Of a DNA stretch of 64,000 bases, positions 50,861 to 63,079 are shown one piece after another. The translations under genes and the position numbers were made by a program. This stretch comes from an uncultured Dehalococcoidia bacterium (GTDB lineage Bacteria; Chloroflexota; Dehalococcoidia; DSTF01; JACRBR01). Numbering within the stretch: the stretch's first letter is position 1; each line of letters opens with the position of its first letter. A model generated the notes under the pieces. That model worked only from the letters and a program-made list of their open reading frames with translations, was not told where the DNA came from and did no database searches. Location of the stretch: the NCBI GenBank assembly GCA_964371355.1, contig CAYJMG010000004.1, positions 62,041 through 126,040 on the forward strand, written 5' to 3'.

Positions 50861-52321
50861 TCAGAGCGATGGCCGGCGAGCGCGCCAGTCCGCCGTCGAC
50901 TCGTAGGCTCGGGCCACCCGCAGCACTGTCGCCTCGTCGAACGGCTTGCCGATGACCTGCAGCCCCACCGGCAGCTCATCGACGAACCCGGCGGGGATCG
51001 ATGCGCCGGGCAGGCCGGCAATGTTCACCGGCAGCGTGAACACGTCGTTCAGGTACATCTGATAGGGGTCGCCGGTCTTTTCGCCGATCTTGAACGCGGG
51101 CGTCGGCGTAACCGGAGCGACGATGGCGTCGTACTTCTCGAAGGCAGCATCGACCTCGCGGCGGATAATCGTACGGACCTTCTGGGCCTTGAGGTAGTAG
51201 GCGTCGTAGTAGCCCGATGAGAGCGCGTACGTGCCGATCATGATGCGGCGCTTGACTTCGGCGCCGAAGCCGAAGCCGCGCGTCTTCTCCATGTTCTCCC
51301 ACATCGTCGCGCCCTGCTGGTACGAGAAGCCGTACTTCACGCCGTCGTAGCGGGCGAGGTTCGCGGACGCTTCGCTGGGGGCGATGATGTAGTACACGGC
51401 GAGCGCGGCCTCGGTGCTGGGCAACGTGAGATCGCGGTCGATCGTCGCGCCCTGCGCCTCCAGCGCGGACAGCGCCTCCTCGATTCGCGAGCGGACGCCC
51501 GCGTCGAGGACGTCGGGCATGTACTCCTTCGGCACGCCGAGATGCATGCCGCGGACGCCCTGGTCGAGGCCGGCGGTGAAGTCGGGGACCGCGACCGGCG
51601 CGGAGGTGGCGTCGAGCGCGTCGTGGCCGCAGATCGCGTTGAGGACGACGGCGGCGTCGCGGACTGTGCGCGTGAACGGCCCAATCTGGTCGAGCGAGGA
51701 CGCGAAGGCGACCAGACCGTAGCGGCTGACGCGCCCGTAGGTGGGCTTGATGCCGACGACGCCGCAAAGGGCGGCGGGCTGGCGGATGCTGCCTCCGGTG
51801 TCGGACCCGAGCGCGTACGCGGCCTCGCCGGCGGCGACAGCGGCGGCGGAGCCACCGGACGAGCCACCGGGGACGCGGTCGAGCGCCCAGGGGTTGTGGG
51901 TGGGGAAGAAGGCGGAGTTCTCGGTGGAGGAGCCCATCGCGAACTCGTCCATGTTCGTCTTGCCTAGCATGACAGCGCCCGCGCCGACGAGGCGCTGGAC
52001 GACGGTCGCGTTGTAGGGTGGGACGAAGCGCTCGAGCATCTTCGAGCCGCATGATGTCGCAACGCCCGCCGTAGACATGACGTCCTTGATGGCGACGGGG
52101 ACGCCCAGCAACGCGCCGGACTCACCGGCGGCGAGGCGCTTGTCGGCGGCAGCGGCCTGGGCGCGCGCCTGGTCGGCTGTGACGGTGATGTAGGCGCGGA
52201 CGGCCGGATCGACGGAGGCGATGCGGTCGAGGAACGCCTCTGTGAGTTCGCGCGACGAGATCTCGCGCTTGCGGAGGCGCTCGGCGGCTTCAGCGATGGT
52301 CAGCCAGTGGAGTTCGGACAT
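50861..52321 (-). CDS. gatA: Asp/Glu-tRNA amidotransferase subunit A
   Basis: [48 protein letters not shown]. Confidence 0.97.
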   Translation of the reverse strand: MSELHWLTIAEAAERLRKREISSRELTEAFLDRIASVDPAVRAYITVTADQARAQAAAADKRLAAGESGALLGVPVAIKDVMSTAGVATSCGSKMLERFVPPYNATVVQRLVGAGAVMLGKTNMDEFAMGSSTENSAFFPTHNPWALDRVPGGSSGGSAAAVAAGEAAYALGSDTGGSIRQPAALCGVVGIKPTYGRVSRYGLVAFASSLDQIGPFTRTVRDAAVVLNAICGHDALDATSAPVAVPDFTAGLDQGVRGMHLGVPKEYMPDVLDAGVRSRIEEALSALEAQGATIDRDLTLPSTEAALAVYYIIAPSEASANLARYDGVKYGFSYQQGATMWENMEKTRGFGFGAEVKRRIMIGTYALSSGYYDAYYLKAQKVRTIIRREVDAAFEKYDAIVAPVTPTPAFKIGEKTGDPYQMYLNDVFTLPVNIAGLPGASIPAGFVDELPVGLQVIGKPFDEATVLRVARAYESTADWRARRPSL

Positions 52322-52327
52322 ACAGGG

Positions 52328-52615
52328 TTACTCGAGCACCGCGCGGACGCGCAGGTAGCCGTCTTCGGTGTTGGGTGCCATGGCGAGCACCTCGTCGCGT
52401 GGGAGCGACGGGCGGGCGACGTCCTCGGCCATGACGTTGCGCAACGGGAGCGTGTGCGCCGTGGGCTCGACGCCCTCGGTATCTATCCGGTTGAGCACGT
52501 CGAAGTGGCCGATGATGTCGCCGAGCTGCGCGGCGTACGTCTCTACCTCGTCGTCGGTGAGATGCACGCGCGCCAGGCGTGCGATGTGGAGGACGGCATC
52601 GCGTTCCAGCTTCAT
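52328..52615 (-). CDS. gatC: Asp/Glu-tRNA amidotransferase subunit C
   Basis: HIARLAR, DTEGVEPT, LAMAP...GYLRV; directly upstream of gatA. Confidence 0.94.
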   Translation of the reverse strand: MKLERDAVLHIARLARVHLTDDEVETYAAQLGDIIGHFDVLNRIDTEGVEPTAHTLPLRNVMAEDVARPSLPRDEVLAMAPNTEDGYLRVRAVLE

Positions 52616-52658
52616 GCGGGACAGGATACGCGCTGGGGATCGGTGGCGGAATCGTTGC

Positions 52659-53912
52659 CTATTGGGCGCGGACCGCGGCGACATCGACACCTTCGGACGC
52701 GACGACGCGGATGTGGAGCAGGTTGCCGGGCTCGAAATCGGCGTTCACGGGCACGTGGATGTCGACCCAGGCGCCATCCTTCGCGTCGAACGGCGCGGCG
52801 CCGAGGAGCACGAACTCGCCCGATGCGGAGCGGTCGTGCGCCGTCTGGATCTCGCCGCGGCCGCCAGCGAGCGTCACGGTTACGCCAGCAGGCGGCTCGT
52901 CGCAACGCACGTAGATGTCCCCCACGCCCGTCGCGTGGCGGGCGAGGCGCCCCGCAACAGTTACAGGGTCGAGCCAGCCCATCTGGAAGTGCAGCGCGTC
53001 ATTCTCGCCGACCACAGCGTACGAGTCGCGCGGCCGGGCATACATGGTGAGGTGGCCGGAGGCGAAGATGGACGGCGGAAAGTGCCAGCGGAACGGCGCG
53101 GAGGTCTTGCGGGCGCGCAGGAAGAGATGGAAACGGTAGTGACCGTGCGTGATGCGCGCGAGGATGCGGTTGGCGAACTCGTTGGCCGCAGTGTGGAGCA
53201 GGCCCCGGCGCGGGTAGATGTCGTGGTCCCGCATGCGTTCGATCTCGAAACCGCAGCCGGCGACGAGGCCGCGCAGCTCGGCGTAGGTGTACTCGCGCAA
53301 GTGGCGGGAGCCGGCGAAAGGCGAGCCGAGGTGGTAGGGGTCGTAGAGATTCCGGCCACGGGCGAGGGCGACGAGGTTGTCGAAGCGGGAGACGTTGGGG
53401 GTAGTGAGGATCATCGCGCCACCGGGCTTCAGCACGCGGTGGATCTCACTGAGCGTGTGGACAGGGTTCTCGACGAGGTGCTCGATGACCTCGCAGAAGA
53501 CGATGAGGTCGAATGTGTTGTCGTCGTAGGGGAAGCGATCGTGCTCGACGTCGAAGCAGTCGCACCGAAAGGTCTGCTGCTCGCCAAGGGCCTCGCTGTG
53601 CAGCTCGGAGACGATTTCAGCGCTGCCGTCGGCGGCGGAGCCGGTGCAGGTGAGGTCGTAGTTGCGGAGCTTGCGCAGCAGCAGGGAGATGTTGAATGGC
53701 GGGCCGCCGAGCTCGAGCGCGCGGCCACGCACACCGGGCTGCGGCACGTAATCGAGGATCCGCTGCCAGAGCGGAACGCCGCCTTCCACCATCGCTTCCT
53801 TGATGTCGTCGCGGCGGAGCGGCGAGGCGAAGCTCTTGATGTAGGCCTCGAGCGACGCCGCGTCGCGTTCGTCGACACCGGGCGCACGCAACGGAGATTG
53901 CGGTCTCGTCAT
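52659..53912 (-). CDS. class I SAM-dependent methyltransferase with C-terminal beta domain
   Basis: ALELGG, FPYDDNTFD, CEVIEHL, RVLKPGG, TTPN, HLREYT. Confidence 0.82.
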   Translation of the reverse strand: MTRPQSPLRAPGVDERDAASLEAYIKSFASPLRRDDIKEAMVEGGVPLWQRILDYVPQPGVRGRALELGGPPFNISLLLRKLRNYDLTCTGSAADGSAEIVSELHSEALGEQQTFRCDCFDVEHDRFPYDDNTFDLIVFCEVIEHLVENPVHTLSEIHRVLKPGGAMILTTPNVSRFDNLVALARGRNLYDPYHLGSPFAGSRHLREYTYAELRGLVAGCGFEIERMRDHDIYPRRGLLHTAANEFANRILARITHGHYRFHLFLRARKTSAPFRWHFPPSIFASGHLTMYARPRDSYAVVGENDALHFQMGWLDPVTVAGRLARHATGVGDIYVRCDEPPAGVTVTLAGGRGEIQTAHDRSASGEFVLLGAAPFDAKDGAWVDIHVPVNADFEPGNLLHIRVVASEGVDVAAVRAQ

Positions 53913-54039
53913 GGGTGGATTAGATAGGCGTGGCGGCCAGGAGGCAAACCCGCGATGCCCGGCGTATGGTACGTTCGAACCGTGCGGGGCAAAGGGGGCG
54001 TATGTTAGCCTCAACGTGGCAGGGGTCTTGGAAGGACAC

Positions 54040-54774
54040 ATGGTCAGCGCGCCCGACCGGGCGGAAGTGGCTCTCGGCAATCCCAGCTTCGTCTGGCGGT
54101 TCGGACAGGACCGCCGTCTGGATCTGATCCGGCGGTACGCGCCGCTGGAAGGCGCACGCATCCTCGATATCGGGTGTGGCCTGGGCGTGTACGTACGCAA
54201 GTTCCGCGAGTTCAGCGACCGCGTCTGCGGCATCGATATCGACGCGAAGCGGCTGCGCGAAGGAGCGAAGACAACGCCCGGCCTGATGCTCGCCGTCGGC
54301 GAGAACCTGCCGTTCCCCGACAACAGCTTCGACGTCGTGGTGCTGAACGAGGTCATCGAACATGTCCGGGATGACCGCGAGACGATGGGCGAGGCATTCC
54401 GGGTGATCCGGCCCGGGGGACACATCGTGGTGTACGCGCCGAACCGGCTCTATCCGTTCGAGACGCACGGCATCTACCTGGGGAAGCGCTTTGTGTTCGG
54501 GAACATCCCGTTCGTGAACTGGCTGCCGAGCCCGCTGCGCAACCGGCTGGTGCCGCACGCGCGGGCGTACACGAAGAGCGGCATCCGGCGCACGTACAGG
54601 GACCTGTCGGCGCACGTCGACGTAGAATCGTACGTGTACCCCGGGTTCGACAACATCGTCGCCCGGCGAAAACGCCTGGGGCGATTGCTGCGCGCGGTGC
54701 TGTACAGGGCCGAGCGGACGCCGCTAAAGGTGTTCGGGCTCTCGCACTTCGTGGTGCTGGAGAAGCCGGCGTAA
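54040..54774 (+). CDS. class I SAM-dependent methyltransferase
   Basis: ILDIGCGLG, LPFPDNSFD, EVIEHV, RVIRPGG. Confidence 0.9.
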   Translation: MVSAPDRAEVALGNPSFVWRFGQDRRLDLIRRYAPLEGARILDIGCGLGVYVRKFREFSDRVCGIDIDAKRLREGAKTTPGLMLAVGENLPFPDNSFDVVVLNEVIEHVRDDRETMGEAFRVIRPGGHIVVYAPNRLYPFETHGIYLGKRFVFGNIPFVNWLPSPLRNRLVPHARAYTKSGIRRTYRDLSAHVDVESYVYPGFDNIVARRKRLGRLLRAVLYRAERTPLKVFGLSHFVVLEKPA

Positions 54775-54835
54775 GCGGGGACAGGGCGGACGGGCAGGCC
54801 GCGAGCCCGGCGTGGCGGCGCGGCAGGAGGAAGAG

Positions 54836-57673
54836 TTGGCACGCAATTTCGCGACACGCAGACTGCTGCGCAATCGTCTTCGCAACGGCCACGGCGGCAA
54901 CGGCGACCGCGTGACGTTTCCCTGGTACCTGCAGGTTGCCATCGCGCTGGTGGGGCTGGGCGTCGTGGCGCTCTCGGTCGGCGCTGGGACGACGTACGGC
55001 GTGTACCGCTACTACGCGAACGGGCTGCAGTCGCCCAACGAAGTGATCGCGAGCCAGCCGTCGGGCGGGGCGCAGATCTTCGACCGGCACGGCAAGCTGC
55101 TGTACGAATACGTCGACGACCGGTCGGGACTGCGACAGCCGGTGAAGCTGGAGGACATCTCTCCGTACCTCATCGCGGCGACCATCTCGACCGAAGACTT
55201 CAGCTTCTGGTCGAACGAGGGCGTGAACCTGCGCGGGCTGGCGCGCGCCGGGCTGGAGCAGGCGGGGCTGCGGGACTCGGGCGGCGCGACGACGACGGGC
55301 GGCAGCTCGATCACGCAGCAGCTCGTGAAGAACATCTACATCCCGGAAGAGGACCGCGCGAAGCGGTCGTACAAGCGGAAGCTGAAGGAGACCATCTACG
55401 CGCTGGAGCTGACGAAGAAGTACGACAAGAACCAGATCCTGGAGTGGTACCTGAACCAGATCTCCTACGGCGGGATCTACAACGGCGTGCAGGCTGCGTC
55501 GCTGGGTTACTTCGGGAAGCCCGCGAGCGACCTGACGCTGGAGGAGGCGGCGCTCCTGGCGGGCATCCCCGCCTACCCATCGGCGTACGAGCCAATCAAC
55601 AACCCGGAGCGCGCGACCGAGCGTCGGAACGAGGTGCTGCGGCTCATGCAGTCGCGCAACCGCACGACAGTCGACTTCCTGGGCGAGGAGATGAAAGCGT
55701 CGTGGTTCCAGGTGAGCCAGGACAACGACCGGACCGTAAACGTCCCCGACGTGCAGTTCTATCTTGCGACGGTGGCGCCGCTGAACATCGTGCCGCAGCG
55801 GTTCCCCGTACAGGCGCCGCACTGGGTGTTCAACTACATCCAGCCGCAGATCGAAGCGCTGTACGGGAAGGAAGCGCTGTACCGCGGTGGGCTGCGGATC
55901 ACGACCACGCTCGACCTGGACCTGCAGGCGAAAGCGCAGGAGGCGCTGGAGACGTGGATCAGCGAGTTCGAGGGGTCGGCGCAGGGGCACAACGGCGCGC
56001 TGGTGGCGATGGACCCGCGGACGTCGGAGGTCCTGGTGTACGTGGGGTCGAGGGACTACTTCTCCGACCAGTACTACGAGGACTGCGACTGCGTGTTGGC
56101 AGGCAGAAACGACAACGCGGGCTCGCCGAACTCGCCGGGATCGACGCTCAAACCGTTCACCTATGCGGCCGCGTTCGAGAACCTGGGATGGGGGCCAGAG
56201 ACGGAGATCCTGGACTCCGAGGTCTCGTACCCCGACGCCGATGGGGAGTTGTTCACGCCGCGGAACCCCAGCGGCAACTTCCAGGGCCCGATCAGCGTGC
56301 GGAACGCGCTGGGCAACTCACTGAACATCCCCGCGTTCAAGACCGCGCTCTACGTCGGCGTGGACAACGTCGTGTCGGAGTACAAGAAGTTCGGGATGAC
56401 GACGCTGGACGGCCGGAGCTACGGGCCTTCGGTGACGCTGGGCGGTGTCGACGTAACCCTGGCGGACGTGACGTACGCGTACACGGTGCTGGCTTCCGGC
56501 GGCATGATGCGGGGCGTGGCCACCACCAAGAGCCTGGAGGAGGGCAACCGGAAGCTCGATCCGGTGTCGATCCTGCAGATCACGCGCGAGGGCGACGGGA
56601 GCGTGCTGTATCCGGATACGGAGGACCACCGTGTGCAGGTGAAGGAGGAGCGCGTCGTGTCGCCGCAAGTGGCGTACATGATCCAGAACATCCTCTCCGA
56701 CCCGAACGCCTTCTGCATCACCTACGGCTGCGGTTCGCTCTCGATCGGCCGGCAGTGGGGCGTGAAGACGGGCACCAGCGAGCCGTTCGAGACGCTACGG
56801 GCCATCGGCGAGACGTGGACGTACGGCTTCACGCCGGAGCTGGTGGCAGGCGTCTGGGCGGGAAACAGCGACAACTCGCCGATGTACAACATCACGTCGA
56901 CCTCGATCTCGTACCGGGCGGTGCGCGACTTCATGATGGAGGCTCTGGAGGACGTGCCTGCCGGCACGTTCGAGCGCCCGGGCGGGCTGTCGGAAATCGA
57001 GACGTGCACACCTTCCGGGTTGAAGGCGGGCAAGACCTGTGGGCGGAAGGTGAAGAACCTGCTGCCGACGGAGACGGCGCCGGCGAAGGACGATGACTGG
57101 TGGAAGCCGGTGAAGATCGACATCCGCAACGGCCTGCTGGCAACCGAGCTGACCCCGCCGCAGTACGTACAGGAGCGCTTCAGCTTCACCGTCCCCGACG
57201 GCCTGAGCAGCTTCGCGAAGGCGCAGGCGGAGGAGTGGCGCAAGTTCTTGGCGGCCGGCGCGGCGCCGACCGAACGCAGCGGGGGTCAGACCGACGCCAT
57301 CATCCTGGGGCCGCGCAAGGGCGACCGGGTGCGGGGCGTAGTGCAGATCGTCGGGAAAGCCGACGCCGCCGACCTCATCGCGTACCGGGTGGAGTACGGG
57401 CTGGGCGACCCGCCGCTGGGCTGGACGGTGATCCTCCGCTCGGAGCAGCGGCAGCCGGGCGGCGGACTGGCGCTGTGGGATGTGGATGACCTGCCATCGG
57501 GCACGTACTCCCTGCGCGTCGTCATGGAGACGAAGGACCACGGCGAGCTGGTGTCGAATACGATCACGGTCCTCGTGGGCAACGCCCCGAGCGGCCGCGC
57601 AACCGCGACTCCGAAACCAGGCTCAGTGCCAACACCCATACCGACGTACGTATTCGAGGACGGGAACTTCTGA
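54836..57673 (+). CDS. class A penicillin-binding protein (transglycosylase/transpeptidase) with C-terminal Ig-like domain
   Basis: ED..F, GGSSITQQLVKN, RKLKE, ILEWYLN; STLK, SLN, KTGT; GGAGG before TTG. Confidence 0.92.
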   Translation: MARNFATRRLLRNRLRNGHGGNGDRVTFPWYLQVAIALVGLGVVALSVGAGTTYGVYRYYANGLQSPNEVIASQPSGGAQIFDRHGKLLYEYVDDRSGLRQPVKLEDISPYLIAATISTEDFSFWSNEGVNLRGLARAGLEQAGLRDSGGATTTGGSSITQQLVKNIYIPEEDRAKRSYKRKLKETIYALELTKKYDKNQILEWYLNQISYGGIYNGVQAASLGYFGKPASDLTLEEAALLAGIPAYPSAYEPINNPERATERRNEVLRLMQSRNRTTVDFLGEEMKASWFQVSQDNDRTVNVPDVQFYLATVAPLNIVPQRFPVQAPHWVFNYIQPQIEALYGKEALYRGGLRITTTLDLDLQAKAQEALETWISEFEGSAQGHNGALVAMDPRTSEVLVYVGSRDYFSDQYYEDCDCVLAGRNDNAGSPNSPGSTLKPFTYAAAFENLGWGPETEILDSEVSYPDADGELFTPRNPSGNFQGPISVRNALGNSLNIPAFKTALYVGVDNVVSEYKKFGMTTLDGRSYGPSVTLGGVDVTLADVTYAYTVLASGGMMRGVATTKSLEEGNRKLDPVSILQITREGDGSVLYPDTEDHRVQVKEERVVSPQVAYMIQNILSDPNAFCITYGCGSLSIGRQWGVKTGTSEPFETLRAIGETWTYGFTPELVAGVWAGNSDNSPMYNITSTSISYRAVRDFMMEALEDVPAGTFERPGGLSEIETCTPSGLKAGKTCGRKVKNLLPTETAPAKDDDWWKPVKIDIRNGLLATELTPPQYVQERFSFTVPDGLSSFAKAQAEEWRKFLAAGAAPTERSGGQTDAIILGPRKGDRVRGVVQIVGKADAADLIAYRVEYGLGDPPLGWTVILRSEQRQPGGGLALWDVDDLPSGTYSLRVVMETKDHGELVSNTITVLVGNAPSGRATATPKPGSVPTPIPTYVFEDGNF

Positions 57674-57696
57674 GGCTGCGGCGGTGCGTCTGCGCG

Positions 57697-59742
57697 TCAG
57701 TCCGTCAGGGGGAACGTGACCGATACAACGGGCGCGGGCGGGACGTAGGCGTAGTCGGCGTGCGCGAGGTTGGTGATCGTGACGGTGATCGGTCGCGCGG
57801 GCTGGTCACCGGGGACGAGGACGAGGGCGCAGACGCCGCCCTGCGCGGTGTCACACTGACTGACCCGCACCGACGCTTCGGGCGCGTCGCCGGGAGCGGC
57901 GGCCCCAGACCACACGGCTGATACCTTCGCACCGGCGAGCGGCCTGCCTGACGGGTCGACGACCGTCACCAGCAGCGACAACGCGCCGTCGAGTTCGCTG
58001 GGCACGGAGGCGCTCACGCGCATGACGCCGGCGGACGGTGGCGGCGCCGGCTCCGGCTCCGCCGCGCGGCGCCCAGGGTGCAGCGCACTCTCGTAGACGA
58101 CGACCGCCGCCAGCCACGCGCCGTCGCGCGCGATCGACGTCCCGCTCGTCGCCTCATCGTCGGCGAGCGTGAAGCCGCGACGGAAACCGGACGCGACGCC
58201 CTGGACCGGCGCGGTGCGCGGCCACTCCCAGATCGACCACGGCATGACGGCTCGCGTGTTGCCGCCTGTGTCGCTGCCCGCGATGAACGATGCCGCCTCG
58301 ATCGGCGAGAGGCCACTCGCGCCCGCGACGCGCACGGACGGCGCGCCGGGATTGAGGCCGGTGATCCAGAGGATGCTGGCCGTCGCGGGCTGCTCTAGCT
58401 CTTCGTCGCCGGTCATGTCCGCAAGGTAGACGGCGTCGATCGCGCGGGCGAGGAACCACTCGTTGCCGATGACGGCGCCGTCGCCCTCGCCGAGCAGCGG
58501 GTCGGTCTCGACGGCGTCCCACTGGTCGGCCGGCGCGTCACCGGTCGACGGATCGGTGACGCCGGGCGGGACGACGCCGAAGGGGTTTCGTTCGAGCATG
58601 TCGCGGTACTGCGCGGCAGCGTCGGCGGCGGCCCCGGCCCACTGGTGGCGGTCGGGGTGGTCGGGCAGGCTCTTCCAGAGCGCGTACATCGTCTCGAAAT
58701 GCGGCATGGGGTCGAAGCTGTAGCGCTCCATCGTGCGCAGGTCGTACTCCGGGGCGAACTCGCCCACGATGCGGACGGCGCGGTCCAGCTGGCCGAGGTC
58801 GCCGGCGTACCGGTAGAGGTCGAGGGCGACGGCGGCCTCGAGTTGCGGGCTGTACGCGTCTGGCGCGTTCTCCTGCAGCCACGTTTCGGCGAGCTTCGCG
58901 AAGCGGTACGCGCGGTCGGCCTTCGACGGATCCTCGCGCTGAAAGAGCGCGGCGTAGCGGGCGAGGGCCCCGGCGGCCGCGGCTGTGTCCGCGGCGTCAT
59001 CGCCGGCCGAGTCGCCGCCCGCGTAGGGGCGCTGCGGCGACGCGTGCGATACCTCGCCGGTCGCTGGATCCGTGAGCAGCAGCAGGTAATCGGCCGCACG
59101 CTCGATGGCGTCGAGCGTACGGCGGCGCATGTCCTCCGTAATCGAGTTGCGGCGCTCGTCGTAGAAGAGCAGCAGCCCGTTGAGGAAGTGGGCGTGGGCC
59201 CAGGCGCCGCCCTCGCGCGTGTTCGACTCGAAGAAGCCGTTGTCGAGGCCCGCTGGGGCGGCGCGGGCGGCGGCGGAGTCGAGCGCCAGCGGGACGTAGG
59301 TCGCGCGCGAGAGGAGGAAGTCGTCGATGCGGAACGGGCGCGTGGCGAGCGCGACGTCGGGCGCCTCGACCATCACGCGGTAGGTGCCGGGCTTCGTGAC
59401 GGCGGAGAAATCGGCCTCCCAGACGGGGATGCCCCAGCCCGTGCCGACGTACGAGGCCGTACCAGAAGCCGCCTGGCTGCCGCGATGGTCGACGAGGCGC
59501 CAGCGAAAGGCGAGGCCGGTCTGTGGCTGGATGGACGTGTCGTTCAGGCGGACGAGCAAGCGTTTCGTGGCGGCGGCGTCGTACCCCAGCGTGCTGTACA
59601 GCAGCGTGTAGGTCGCGTCGCCGGTCGTGTAGGTGCCGGGGATCTCTACCTTGTCGGCTCTGCCGAACGGATCAAGCGCGCACGCGGCGGCCGCGATCGT
59701 CACGGCAACCAACACGACTGTAAGCAACGCGCGACGCATCAT
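57697..59742 (-). CDS. GH9-like lipoprotein (Ig-like + alpha/alpha barrel), probably non-catalytic
   Basis: AAAC lipobox, LGY..KR, ADFSAVTKPGTY, AAAAGALA, WITGLNP; catalytic motifs degenerate. Confidence 0.6.
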   Translation of the reverse strand: MMRRALLTVVLVAVTIAAAACALDPFGRADKVEIPGTYTTGDATYTLLYSTLGYDAAATKRLLVRLNDTSIQPQTGLAFRWRLVDHRGSQAASGTASYVGTGWGIPVWEADFSAVTKPGTYRVMVEAPDVALATRPFRIDDFLLSRATYVPLALDSAAARAAPAGLDNGFFESNTREGGAWAHAHFLNGLLLFYDERRNSITEDMRRRTLDAIERAADYLLLLTDPATGEVSHASPQRPYAGGDSAGDDAADTAAAAGALARYAALFQREDPSKADRAYRFAKLAETWLQENAPDAYSPQLEAAVALDLYRYAGDLGQLDRAVRIVGEFAPEYDLRTMERYSFDPMPHFETMYALWKSLPDHPDRHQWAGAAADAAAQYRDMLERNPFGVVPPGVTDPSTGDAPADQWDAVETDPLLGEGDGAVIGNEWFLARAIDAVYLADMTGDEELEQPATASILWITGLNPGAPSVRVAGASGLSPIEAASFIAGSDTGGNTRAVMPWSIWEWPRTAPVQGVASGFRRGFTLADDEATSGTSIARDGAWLAAVVVYESALHPGRRAAEPEPAPPPSAGVMRVSASVPSELDGALSLLVTVVDPSGRPLAGAKVSAVWSGAAAPGDAPEASVRVSQCDTAQGGVCALVLVPGDQPARPITVTITNLAHADYAYVPPAPVVSVTFPLTD

Positions 59743-60102
59743 GCGGGGACTGTAGCGCGTCTGGAGCGAGGACCAAGAACCAGGGCGTAACGGTAGCGGA
59801 GCCGAGATTGCTCGGCAGAAACGGCATGCGCGGGGCGGGGCAGCGTTTGTTTTGGAATTTCGCCTCCTCTCATCGATTTCGGGCGGGCGGCCCGAGGGCC
59901 GCTGGCGCTGGCCGTCGGGGCGACATTGCTCGGCACTTTTCGGTCTCCAACGCAGCTCCGGGCGCCGTGGAGCCGGCGCGGGATGAGGCGTCGAACCTTT
60001 GGCGTGGGGCGAGTGTAGGCGGGGTGCGGGGCGATCTCCAAGCGGGCCGGATCACTTTCGCGAAAAAAGGGCAAGGGGTCAGGGACGAATGGGAACGGAG
60101 CG

Positions 60103-60175
60103 TCTGTCCCTGTCCCCTGTGCGCTGTCCCCTGCCCCCTGTCCTCTGTCCTCTGTGAGCTGTCCCCTGTCCACTG
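60103..60175. repeat. heptamer tandem repeat (CTGTCCY)n, about 10 degenerate units
   Basis: ctgtccc/ctgtcct units; reverse complement of the NNGACAG runs at 10161, 20632, 28355, 29134 and 31957. Confidence 0.85.
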
Positions 60176-60183
60176 CCTCCCGC

Positions 60184-60189
60184 TATAAT
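60184..60189 (+). promoter_or_regulatory. -10 element TATAAT for the tRNA genes
   Basis: Perfect TATAAT 27 nt upstream of tRNA-Leu. Confidence 0.65.
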
Positions 60190-60216
60190 GGGCCCGTTGC
60201 GCGAGAGCGCGCCCGT

Positions 60217-60303
60217 GCCGAGGTGGTGGAATAGGCAGACACGCCGTCTTGAGGGGGCGGTGCTCGCAAGGGCGTAGGAGTTCAAATCTCCTCCTCGGCA
60301 CCA
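60217..60303 (+). tRNA. tRNA-Leu (GAG)
   Basis: GCCGAGG/CCTCGGC acceptor stem, anticodon loop TT-GAG-GG, long variable arm, GTTCAAATC, encoded CCA. Confidence 0.96.
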
Positions 60304-60376
60304 ACACGGAGACAACGCCGCCGGTAGCGAATACGCGTCCGCCCCCTGGGGCGGATTCTCATCGAGCGGCAGGAGA

Positions 60377-60404
60377 GCAAGTAGCCGCGGAGCTTTAGCT
60401 CCGC
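60377..60404 (+). repeat. GTAG-type REP-like palindrome
   Basis: GCAAGTAGCCGCGGAGCTTTAGCTCCGC; copy at 13446-13473. Confidence 0.75.
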
Positions 60405-60457
60405 CGCAGCGCCCGGGCCGAGGAGGTGCGTGCACTCGAGGCCCGAGTCGTGACCGG

Positions 60458-62012
<1,555 letters not shown>

Positions 62013-62022
62013 CGCCCTCGCT

Positions 62023-62763
62023 CTACTTCACCGCCTCCACCCAGTCCGGGCCGCCCCAGGTCAGGTCGAACGCGTTGTCGTTGAGTATGTGCGCCCACGC
62101 GAGCCACGCCACCCAGCGGCAGACGCCGTAGAACATCGCCCCGCGATACAGAACCACCAGCGCCTGTCCGGGCAGCACGCCGCCGAGCCATCCCCAGAAC
62201 GGATCGCCGGGCGCCACGACGCGGTGGAAGTAGTCCGCCGTCAGCACACGCCAGTTCAGCAGCACCAGCGCGATCCAGAACCCGTCCCAGACGAATCCCA
62301 GGCTGCTGAAGTACGCCGCACCATCGACGTAGCGGCCCGTGCTCCCCGCATAGGCCCACGCCCCGAAGCTCACGCGCTCGAACGACAGCGGGAAGAACAG
62401 CATCACCCCGTTCGAGTCGAGGGTGTCGCTAAGCACGTGCGCCCACACGCCGATCATCAGCCCCACCGCCCAGCCCTTGTGCCGCGTCACGAGGAGGCAC
62501 AGCAGCCCCACCGCGATCCCGAACGCCAGTGAGTGCGTGAACCCGAGCCCCGGGAACGATCTGTGCCAGGCCGCTGGATTTTCGGCCTTGATCTCGTATC
62601 CGAAGACGTTGATGCCGTAGATGAACCACTTGGTGAAGACGTCCGGCCCCCACGACCCCAGCAGCACGGCCACAAAGCTGATCTTGAAGCCCAGCTTTCC
62701 CTCGGCGCCGCCGAGGTGGAGCTTCACAAGGTAGGGTTCGACGTCGTGCGCGGCCCAGCTCAA
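62023..62763 (-). CDS. membrane-bound metal-dependent hydrolase (YdjM-like)
   Basis: PD, HR..GFTHSL, HVLSD, GVMLFFP; TTG start overlaps the upstream TGA. Confidence 0.78.
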   Translation of the reverse strand: MSWAAHDVEPYLVKLHLGGAEGKLGFKISFVAVLLGSWGPDVFTKWFIYGINVFGYEIKAENPAAWHRSFPGLGFTHSLAFGIAVGLLCLLVTRHKGWAVGLMIGVWAHVLSDTLDSNGVMLFFPLSFERVSFGAWAYAGSTGRYVDGAAYFSSLGFVWDGFWIALVLLNWRVLTADYFHRVVAPGDPFWGWLGGVLPGQALVVLYRGAMFYGVCRWVAWLAWAHILNDNAFDLTWGGPDWVEAVK

Positions 62764-63008
62764 GGGCGCACCCGCCGCCACAACGCGGGCACTGCCCATA
62801 CGGCGAGGAAACAGAAGGTGATGCCCTCCGCCCACGAGAGCAGGAACCGCTGGTCCCACAACCCCAGGCCGATGTAGGGCAGCGCCGCGATGGCGTAGGG
62901 CGTCGCCCCGCGCCAGTGACGCAGGATCGATTCGCCGGCCGGGTCCATATCCCGCGAATCACGCGCGTCCGCGCCGGATGCTTCGTGCGAGTCGGGCGGA
63001 GGGGTCAT
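62760..63008 (-). CDS. small two-TM hypothetical protein
   Basis: Two hydrophobic segments; stop overlaps the next start (TTGA). Confidence 0.55.
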   Translation of the reverse strand: MTPPPDSHEASGADARDSRDMDPAGESILRHWRGATPYAIAALPYIGLGLWDQRFLLSWAEGITFCFLAVWAVPALWRRVRP

Positions 63009-63079
63009 CGTCGTCCATCAGCGCGGCGTTGTGATCACCGACGGGCGCCGCGCGCGGGAACTATACAGGATGCGCGTCA

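Noticed and set aside
50861-52615. gatCA without gatB as a pathway defect
   Set aside because: gatB is frequently encoded separately; its absence cannot be judged from one window
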